Part shown: one piece after another, positions 20,207-31,300 of the stretch
Position numbering within the stretch: the stretch's first letter is position 1
How the letters are laid out: each line of letters begins with the position of its first letter
NCBI GenBank assembly: GCA_001687465.1
Contig: LVLI01001229.1
Coordinates: forward strand, 1-64,000
DNA from: Halocafeteria seosinensis
Lineage: Eukaryota
Direction of reading: 5' to 3'
DNA: 64,000 bases
Notes under the pieces: model-generated
The model's input: the letters and a program-made list of their open reading frames with translations, nothing else
What the model was told of the DNA's origin: nothing
Database searches by the model: none
Made by a program: the position numbers and the translations under genes

Positions 20207-22373
20207 TCCAAGGAAGTTGAGTGAAACTGGACAATCTGACACACTGTCCATAGCCGTTCCTGGATAGTTATCTCCCTTTGGTGAAAGATTGGTGTGTACT
20301 GAATTCCTAACAGTTGAGTTTCACTGAAAAAGTTAGACTTCAATTATGCCAGTGGGAGTCAAGGGTGTTTGTGGAAACGGCATCGCTGGTGGAAGTTGAA
20401 ATCAATTGCAAATCAGACGTTGAGAATAATTGGCGGGATGAAGATCAGGCGAAGACTCACGGTTTCTCTAACCGAGCATACCACTTGGTTTTCGCCAGAA
20501 AAGCTACTGCTAACACGGAAGATGCAACACACGAATATCCTAGACGCCACAAATCCAGTTTCGGGTCGAAGCGAAAAGAGTTCATTCGAACTCCACCGTC
20601 GTATTCTAAAGAAGACGACTAGCCCTTCCCAGCTCGTGGAAAACGGAAAGCAGATTTGGAGGTGTACCAGCACTGGGCTGACTACAACCCTGAAAGAAAT
20701 GCAAAGTTTTGGGTTCGGCTCCTTAGCGCAGCGACATAACTCACTGCTGTAGGTATATAACCTCACCTGTACTTTCGCGCGCATTGAGATTGCCGTCGGT
20801 AATTTTTCCCTCTTACCAGACTCGTAGGGTAATGACAGCTAACGATTCACAGCCTCTTATTTATTTCACCCACTACCATCGCCACCACCGTTTACCAGTT
20901 ATGCAGCTACAGTTGTACAACCACTAGGTGTATTTTCCGTTCAACTGCCAGCCCATACCATGCACTAATTCCGTTTCGGAACTATTGCCCATACAAACTG
21001 ACTCATCTCTGATTCAGATTTTGCTCCGTTTAACGTTGCCGTCTGTCGCTCCCTTGTTTTCGACAACACCAACCTCTTCTGCCTCACGCACCGCAATTCT
21101 GTCGATAACCGACTCATCACCCCATATGTTGATTACCCCAGATTTGTTCGTACCTTCGTCCTCACCGACGTTCCATTCAGCATCTACCGTTTCAACATCG
21201 TGCAGCGTGGGGAAGTGTGCGCACATGGTTCCTTCTCCCGAGCCTACTGGTTTAACAAGCTCTGGACACTTGGAGAGAACAGTATCATCTTCACCAATAT
21301 GGTAGAAAATACCGTTGCATCTGTTTCAGTCAGCGTTGTTGTTCCGCTAGAGAATGCGTCCCCAACGCCCAACAAAATGGTGTCGGGTCACAAATATCCC
21401 GTCTGCGCTCACCTCGCTTCTCAGAAAGTGATGTTGATACCAGATAAACGCGGCTGAATCAGCGGAATCGGTTCTAATTTTTATTGGGCCGCAAGTGGCT
21501 TTGGCTATACTTCTCATTGGTATAGCAGTTACTTGCGCCGCATATATTCTCTACAGACGACGTCGATATTTCGAGAGAATGAAGTCATTCAATGACTCAC
21601 AGTCCATTTATGCATATCAGCTAGGTACGTTGCCTGGAACTTGTCCGGTTGTGTGTCCCACGAAGGAAAATACGAATTTGGACTCGCCGCCCAATGTCTC
21701 CAGCGCTTCATCTTTCTCGCTGTCTTCGTGCGCGACTCGAAATTGGTTCATGCCAACCCTCTCGTGAAATATACTACCAAGGAAGAGAGAAACATAACAT
21801 ATTGCGTCTTCGATGGCGCTTAGCGCCCTCCGAAAAAGGATAGAGTTAACTCTCGTGCGGCCTCTCCGTTGAAACCCGCAGAATTCGTCTTCGATCTTGC
21901 CGACAGCGCCGGAAGTGTTCAAGCGACGTCGGTATCAGCTCCCAAAGTGCGTAACTTTTCTTGCGTAGGGAAGCCTCTTCGGGTGACTTAAACAACCAAC
22001 GCAGACGTACCGCGATTAAAAGCGAGTGATAATATCAAGCTGAAGTGGAAAGTTATCCTCTTTGGAGAACCTGACCGTTGGTGGAACTGTAGCCTCGTGA
22101 GAAGCCAAAGCAGGCCGTAATTCGGACGGACACAGGGAATGATTGAGAAAATAATGCCGAAACCGTGGAAGAGGGAGATAGCAGGAACAGTTTTGGTGTT
22201 CGAGGTCATTTACTTGCTTCGCTAAGAGGCCTAAGATACGCAGCAATCGCGTGGCGCTAATGTAGCTGAGGCGACTGGTTAGCCTGAGCATAGACGACGT
22301 ACAGTCAATGTGTTTGCTGGTGGGAAGTGTATATTTTCAGTTTTACAACTGTTTGCAGTTCAATACAATATTT

Positions 22374-25300
22374 CTAAGGGCGATTGAGTGCAGGGAGCGA
22401 CCCACTCTCGCGCATGCTTCGTTTTTGATCGTTATCACGTTGTGAGTACCTTCTATTTGGAAGGACGGCGGAGGACTTGGAAGAATTCAAAGCACTTCCA
22501 CGGCGCTTGCCAGTAGTGGAGCCTCTACGACTACTTGTAGGCTGGAATAGTACATCTTCATCGTCATCCTCCTCTTCGGCCTCGTTACCCATTGCATACA
22601 CGTCCGCCATGCTCGTTCGACGAGTGGGTCCACCCGATGCTCCGGGATCCTTTCTTAGTTCCTCGGGAGTTTGCTCGCTGTAGGAAGCCATTGCTTCCGA
22701 CAACCTGGAGTTGCCTGCAGCCACAAACGACTCGTCCCAAAGCTGAACATCGTCCGCCACAGCCTGAACAGCCTGGGCTGCAATGTTTTTGCGCTTCATC
22801 GAAGACTTGATACTAGCGTGTTGCTTTGCTCGTGCCCTTCTCATTTCCCGCTTGGCAGCGAAATCGGCATGCCTCCTCTGTTGCATTTTTAGGAGCTCGC
22901 TTGTAGGGATTTTATGAAATTCTACAGCGCTGCCCTGCTTGTTAAAACGACTGCCTTCAACTGGTGCTTTCTTTTTTTCTTGATTCCCTACAGAACTCCC
23001 AACCTCAGCTGGCGCACTGGCATCTTTGCCTTCAGATTTCGATGGTTCTTGTGGAGCCTCAGTGGTCTCTTCTGAAGACATATTTTCGTTCTTCAACTTT
23101 TCGCTTTGGCCTTTTAGACGACGGCGACTTAACTGGTTGCTTCGCTGAATGTATGCAGTCGTCTGATATTTCAGATTCATTTCGCCTTGGTCCTTTCCTT
23201 GGTTACCTCTTTGAATCATTGTAACCGCTTTGCCCACGGGACTAGATATTCTATCGTACATCCCCGTAAAATCTGTAGTTGTCCGCTCAGCTTCCTGGTC
23301 ATCATCTCCTTCATCATCCTCTGAGGATCCATCACCCCCGAAAAACCTGGAGAAAGCATTGTCTGCCGAGGAATTAGCAGAAGGAGACTCTGGGGGAGCG
23401 GGACTAATTTGACCCTCTTTGTCTTGGGCCAAGACTTTTAAAGAAGCAAGTCCGTCTAAGCCATCTACGCCGCTTCCACGTCGCATCTTTGTAAGCTGCT
23501 GTTGGATTAACTTCGAGCTGCGTTCGCTCTCTTTGGGTTCCTCGCTAATTTCAGGAAGCCTACCAGTAGAGCTTAATGATGCCCTCCTCTGATAAGCGCG
23601 GGAGTCGTCATCAACTTTGATTTTCGAAACTTGAGTAGCTTCCTCAAGTTCTTCTGTATTGATGTAACCCTCTTCGTCAGTTTCTAACTGGAGCATCAAT
23701 GGACCCGATTTCTGGGAAAACGACCCACCATGCTGTTGTTGGCTAAAGGGGGTAGGTGCTGGAGTATGCTGCTCAGATTCCTCCGAGGCTCTCTCATCCT
23801 TTTCACGTTTGTATGTACTAGACGCTGGTGGCTGAATTTGATTGGGCGACGAGATAATACGGATGGCCATTTCAACGACGTCTGCTATAGCTTTGTGCCT
23901 TGTCTGGGTCTGAGTTTGCTGGGAAATATCGGATTTGAGCGATCGTACTAACTTGGTCCAAATTCGAGTCGGAAGCGATGCTAAAACAGTCAGGCACACA
24001 TCATGCTCTGACAGTGTCTTGACCACGTAAGCAACGTTGCGAAGAAAGGTAGCTGCTCGGGGAAGCCCGCGCCAGACTAGAACTACGGCGGAAACCATTA
24101 CCCTGAAAGCATTCGAGTGGGCCTGCGTAATGTCAAGCGTGGGGGCGGCGTCATCAATCTCGATGTGTCCTATCTTATCTGACGTAAGGCCACCTCTGGT
24201 ATACATCACCGACTGAATATGATCACACACATTGCGCAAGACAGTACTGTCTTTGTAATCAATAAGGCGCTCCAACCGTTCCACTGCAACGCCATCGTTC
24301 ATGACCTGTTGCCCAACGTAGCCATCTTCACGGGATACAAACCCGATTATTTGAGTTGTACGTTTTGTGAGCGTTTCTTGTATACGAGAAAGCGTATCAT
24401 ACGAGTAGGATGGCATTCCAGCAACACCTGCGGTTAGCATCTTCTGCGAAACCATGGCAGGGGCATTAGCCAGAGTAGCAAGGTGAGATACACCGATCTC
24501 TACTTGATAGAGGGAGTTAAACATGTATGATACCCTACGTCTCAACCGTTGGAGCTCACTTGAGGAAGCAGAAACCTCTTGTCGGATTTGACGAACGTGT
24601 TTCCAGGCTCGTTGCAACTGCTGAGCTTCTCGTGTTTCCTCTTCCACAGCAGAATCACTTTCGTCTGTCCTCATTTGCTCCTCATGGCCCTTTCCTCGTG
24701 GAGGCGACTTCGACCGAAGTTTCGACGCCAGTCCATTAATACTGAGTGTGCACAAACCATATTCTGCAGCCGTCTGCTTTGCATCATTAGTGCCAGCATT
24801 TTGCAGCTTTTCCGCCTCAGAAAGCTTTCGCTCTGCTTCCTCATGATCGGAAGTAATAACATCCAGGAACTGCCGACGTGTTCGGAAGAGGTCCTGCCAT
24901 TGGTGGTTGCTTCTTTCCGCAGTCTTCCTTTTGATGATGGACGAGAGGGTATCACTCTGACGGCTCAGGCTAGAAGAGCGAGTCCTAGCACCAACTACCG
25001 ATGGAAGACGACTCGACGCACTACTACCAGCTCGCTCCCGAGCACCGACTTGTTTTGCCTGTGAAAGGTTTCCTCCAAGTTGGGAAATCCGGCTAAGGCT
25101 CGTGGTCCATTCCTCATAAGCATGGAGCTTATCCGCATTTTCCCGATTTAATTCTTCCAGCTCCCAGCGAAGCATATCTACCTTCGTGGACATTTCATGA
25201 TAGGAAGCATGAAATGGAAGCCCAAGATCCGCATAGCGCTTTTCGGCTTCTACAGTGCGAATTTTCTGCTCGGCAAGTTTCTGAGCACGCTGTTGCTCTG

Positions 25301-28300
25301 ATTCTTTTATTTCCTTCTCAATCTGGTATTTGCGCCTCTCACGGTCCCGATGTTCCTTGATTTCGCGACGCATCTTTTTCCGCTGTTCCTGTAACTCATG
25401 ACGTGCTGCTTCGTTCTGCTCTTGCGCTTTCTGGAGCCTCCTTAACGCTTCTTCATAATCGTACTGTTTCATTCTCTCCAAGTCAAACGATACCTTGGTA
25501 GCTTGCTGCTGCATTCTCCCAGCCTTCTGACGCGCTGCATTGATGGTTTCAGCAAGTTCACTGAAATACATTTCGTCATGCGCGGGAACTGCTTTCACTT
25601 CTTTCAATAAATGTTCATACCATTTGGCAACGGCCGATTCTGCATTGATCGATGCGTTGTATCGGTAAACTTTGTTTTCAAGCTTTTTCAGCTCGGTAAG
25701 GTTGGACATAATCTCTTCAGCCTGCATGTTTGCTGAATCGTCTACTTGTCGAACGCGGGACTCTAGATGAGTATTCTCACGATCTACTTTTTCAATGCCC
25801 ATCTTAAGTGAGTCGTATTCAGATCTCAGTTCGTTAAGACGCTTCATAAGAACCTCTTCCGTAGAGTACCCTTGGTCCATCAGATTCTTGTGTTCTTCAT
25901 CCTCATCTTGCCCAGTTGACGCACCGGGACTTGTAGGTCGCTGACTTTTCCCACCACGCGACATATTCTCCCTACTTTGCGATTCACGAAGTTGGCGCAT
26001 CGGTGAGGACCTCTCCAAATTTTCTTTGAAGTCCTCCAAATCTTGTTGAGAGGGAGCTTTTGAGCAATACTCGTCAAAACTCTTGAGTGTGGCTTCTTCT
26101 AAATCGCGGCTCAAGGAAGCTACCGAATTTTTCAAAGAGGCATATCTTCCCTCTTCACTCCTGACTTTGGCAAACAAGGCAGCAAACCACGGCCACTGGA
26201 GCCAGATCCATCGTCGAATGAAAAAGTATCCAGAGCTTACCGTCGAAATTGACAACTTCTTCGCATGCTTTTCAGCAGGTTCGTTTCCCTCCAGGCCTAT
26301 TCTCAGGAGTGAGGAGACGTGCACATCTTTCAGGCAGGATGGATCCACAGGTCGATGAAGGAAACGTAGCCCAGTCCATACGCATTGGCGCAGTGACATG
26401 CGAGACGTTGCCGATAATGCTAATTGGTTCCGGTAGAACAGTAGCTTTTTGTCAATGTTAATCTTCCTCTTCTCTTGAGTATCTCCAAGCTTTTCCAGTT
26501 GTTTATCCGCGGGATCGTTGTCACCGCCAACCATAGACTTTACAATTCCTCCAGAGAGAGTAGCAACGCACAGTAAAATCGAGAATTTCACCTCTTCTGG
26601 ATTTTCCGTAGGACTATCAATTCTTCCTACGGGGAGCTTAAGCCCCGGATTCTTCGATCGGTGGGACTGAAGCGGAGCATTCGTTTCCTGGAAGTACTCA
26701 GTGAACTTCGGGTTGGACCGATGTTGTGCCACAGGTTCTTCTTGGTCATCCGAAAGAGTAGCAGCTTCTAACGCAGCTACTTTTCCCAGCCGTTCACGCA
26801 GACGCGAATTGTCCTCGATTTCGGCTCGAGCTTCGACATCTCCCAAATGGTACAGAATCTCCGCTGCGGCACTTAAAAGTAGCGTTCGAGTGTCAACTGG
26901 GGGATTACCGCCATACAAGCGGTAGCCCCAGGTTTCAATACTCTTGTTATACGCAACGACAGGATCGGCTCGGAATACATAGTCTGAAAGGTCGCGACTC
27001 TCAGAAGCATTGCCGGTCTTTTTACCCTTAGAAGATACATTCTTCTTGGAAGTCTCAGAGGATGAATTGTTACCAGGAATAAGCCAAGAGACCCAATGGG
27101 CTAGCTCTTTGGGTAAGACAGTCACACCAGCAAAGACGGAAAACAAATCGGGGGCACATGTGCGACATAACTGTTCGATCTGCAAAATTTCACTCTCGCT
27201 CGAAGAAGGCCCAAAAGGCAATGCTCTTGTTTCAGAAAATGGTTGATCTTTCTTGCCTTCATTTTCTTCCGCATCGGTGCTAGTTTCAGAATCACTGTCT
27301 CCACTCTGGACACGGGTCCAACAGTTCATCACAATTCGCGTGGCGGCGACAGCAAGTATTCCCTTAGCCAGACATCGGCGAAGATAAGTCTGAAAGTGCA
27401 CTAGTTCAGACCTTGAGCTGGCGTGGATACATAGGGAATTCAGCCCCTCCAATCTTTTTGTCTTCCCAGACTTGAAACTCTTTTTCCGCGAGCGTTTGCG
27501 CGCCAACTTGCGGGACTCACCATTTTCTTGCACAAAGGAAATCTGCTGGTACTCTCCTTTTTCAGTTCCAGTTGATGAGGACTCTAAAGCCAATTCATCG
27601 AATTGCCTCGATCGAATCAGCGCTATTGTCTTACCCCAAGTCGGGAAGTCAAAGTAAGAGAACCCATTCTCTTTTTTTCCACCACCGCCACTTGTAGACA
27701 CCGAACTTAAGCACACATGAAGCAACCCACGGTGCCCAGATCCAAGCTGCATGTCGCCAGAACTAACGCCGACGTAAGGGCTATCCAAACAGTCTTGCTC
27801 GGACACAACTTGGGCCATTCGTCCTTTCTTCACGTATTTCATCAGGCATTTCAGTTTTCGTGAAAGGTCATTTGCGGCATTGGCAGGCTTCCTTTCGATA
27901 GCGAGCACAGTACCGCCAGGGTAAAGATGCGGGTGTTTTTTACTTCCGGTTAAAATGCTCCATGCATTAATGATATCCGTGCGGCATACATCGAGGCTCA
28001 CGAAGGAAGTTTCCACTGATTGAGCAAATGCGTTGATACATTCTCGCATCATCTTCGTAGAACCACGTTGGAGTGCCTGAGGAACCAAGTCAGCACATTC
28101 CAGCAGATTTCGATAGTTGTCCCAGGTGCACTGGTAAACTCCCTGGGACTGACCTGCAGGAATAACACCCGATGCTACTTCCAGTCCCATTCGAAGTCGC
28201 TCATTAGAGGATAGCTCGTCCGTTTCACCCTTCTTCTCGCCAGATGAGCGCACGTTCCCGGCTGTAGTTTGTAAATCTTTTTTTCCGGACCGAGCAGCTT

Positions 28301-31300
28301 CGACCTCTTGCTCCAGCATCTCTTGAACTTCCGGGCTGCCCCACGAATCCGGAAACAAGTGAATATCCACTAGCACATCCTCCAGGGTTTTCCATTCTCG
28401 TAACACCTGCAGCTGCCAATGCAGTTCTCGAGCAATTCTCCGCGTCGCCGACCGATGAGAGCTTGTAGAAGTTGTCTCTGTCGTAGGTAGTGTTTGCGAA
28501 CCTCCCGAGGAGATGTCCTTCCTGTGTATCTTTTCTTCAGCGCGAACAAAATGGAGGAGGAACGATGCCCATGAGCTGCGGATAGACGTCAGTCCAATGC
28601 TGGCTGCAGCCGCACTGGATATTTGGCGACCTTCTTCATGCTGTGAGCCAGTAGCTAGGTTTCTCTCGCGGAGATTCATGTACTCGGATGCTACATAGCT
28701 CGCTAGTCTCCTGTGACTAGCACACCGAGTAAATACGGTATCAATAGGGCACGTTATCAAGAAGTCAATGCTATCAACAAATCGTTTGGACGCGTTCACC
28801 GGATTATGACCTTTCAACAGTTCCTGCAGGGTATCCTCTGCCTGCAAACACAAAGGATGGATATCGAAGCGAAACACGCGACACAGCAGCTGGAGCACGT
28901 AGGGTAGAAGATGCTGATCCAAGAGATATTCATCATCCATACTGCCAAGGACGGGGAACTTTGAAATCGACACATTTTGCTGGCCAATGGAGGAATCGCT
29001 CCCGCGAGACAAGTCTTCCTTGCCAAAGCTTTCCCTTGCCAGAAATGACACAAACTCTTTCCACGTTACGCCCTCTCGAGCTACCAGTAGAATCCACATT
29101 AGAAGGTCGAAAGCTCGCTCAACGTTGCACACATCTAGCAAGCATTTCGCACTCGAGTCTTCTTCGGCTTTTCGTGATAACTGGGCTTGAGTATGCTCGA
29201 TCCACTCTTGCAGCATAGTTTCTGAGCACGCTTCGGTAGCTAACACAATATGTACTTCAGTTGTCATTTGATGCCTGTCAACTGGGACTGCATACTCATT
29301 TCGCTTGACATAACTTTCGTAGAGACGGTGAATATTTTGGCTCAAGCGGCTCAACATTGGGCGAACATCATCCCAAGGTAATGACAACGAGAGAAAATTT
29401 CCGATATCCACCTGTTCCAGCATCCTCGTAACTGCTGCTTCGCATATCAGTTCTAATGCGGGCACACTTCCAAAACATTGCGATATCCAGATGCCAGCAA
29501 TCGCATCAACAATATCAGTAGGCACTTCAATACTGGAACCAAGTTGTACTAGCCGTTCCTCACGTTGAGTAAGTATTTCCAAAATATAAGCGTGTACCCG
29601 TTTCCAAGCGCAGAAATAGAACTCAATATCTTCCGAAGCAACGTTCTCAAAGAATGAACTGTTACTAAATAACTTCTGTGTATCCATATACCGCTGGTTG
29701 CGTGCAGTAGACGGTACAATGATGGCCGGGCATTTTCTACGCAGGGCATCCTTGACAACAATATTCCGTTCAGATTCAAACATGATCTGTCTCCAAACGT
29801 CCTCCGGGTCTAGACTATCCAATGAGAACTCTGTCTCTGCAGTACGGTCTGGAACGGTAGACAATGCGCGAGCTGATTGCCTCCCCGTGCTGCCGTGAGC
29901 TTCTGAAGTTCTGTCCTGCTCCTGCATCCTCTCAAATGTCATACTGTGTTCTGCTTGGGCAGTCGATGACCGGGATACCAGGATGGCCCCACTAAAATCT
30001 TCACCCTTCTCATGTATCCATTGGTCCCATTTCAATGAGTAAATAGGTAGCTCAACCGACAAATCATCTGAGCCACCCTTCTCACTTCCATTCTTGCTTT
30101 TATTGGGACTGGCGTACTGAGCTATTACTGACGTGGAATGTGAGGAGGCAATCTGCTGATTATGATCCCTCTCAAAGCTCTCGACCAATTTATCAGCTTT
30201 GCTTTGATAGGACTCGATCAATGAACTGGGGGCCATTCCGCTCATTATAATATGCACGTTCTTCGGAGTCACTAGAGGCATCCACTGGAAAGGTTCAAAC
30301 ACCGAGCTTCTTAGCAGATGCACATTATCAATGACAATGATGAGCCGAGTAGACGTTTTCGAAGTTCCTTGGTCTTCCTCATTTTCGTCTTTGCCTTCAC
30401 CACTCGCCGTAGCTTCCGCTGCAGCCCCACCGCCGGTCTGCGCTATTCTGCCTACAGTATCTAGGACACGAGAAAACTGCAGGGCTAACCTATCTTCCGC
30501 CATCGTTGAGCTTATTTCCGTACTTAAACGGAAAAAACTGGTGATTTCCCGAATGACCCTGATGAGCAATGTCCTGACTTTGCTTGCTTCGCGACTTGCT
30601 CCACAGCGATGAACTATTAGACACTCGTGTTGGTCCACGCCGGATTGGCCTCGTTGAACGTTCTTGCCTGGAGAAGCAGACGACTCAAGCGCTGTGCTTG
30701 AAGGACGAAACACGTCCTCTCTTCTGGAGCTAGAATCATCTGAAACAGCAAGTGTATCGTCGATACTCTCCCCACTGGAGAGACAATTGTGCAGTCTTTC
30801 CAATTCGGCCATTGAGTTCACCCCATCCCTCCCTCCTTGATGATTCAGTTGTCTTAGGTGTGCCCAATGCAATAGAGTTGAAGAATAGCCGCTGCAAGGA
30901 TCTCCGAGGAGCAACAGAGGCGCCTGGTTTCCAGAATTGCTCGCTACTCCTAGTCCAACTCGGTCAGCTGTCTGGTGCCATAGATGAGAGGGCAACCCTT
31001 TCCCCTTCTTTGTTCGCGGCTCCGTATCATCCTCGGAGCCTCTCCGACTCTCCGCTTGATTTGCCAAAGAAGAGGGGGATGATGCAAACATTCTATTTTC
31101 GTCGTCGGACTGCCATTCAGCATCTCGGCGGTCTTCGTTGCTCGTCCCTTCACCGAACCATAACGGCTCGGCCACATCGACGACATGTGAGGGCTCTCCC
31201 GAACCGCCACAATACTCGTCCAGCACATAGTAGACACTCGTATCATACGGATGAAGATAATGAGCTTCTGCGTAGTTCATCCATTTGCATATCGCCGCAG

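Noticed and set aside
6177..20267. Numerous short antisense and alternative-frame ORFs within the TPR gene (and likewise within the other long ORFs)
   Set aside because: Shadows of a long repetitive coding frame, with no independent motifs.
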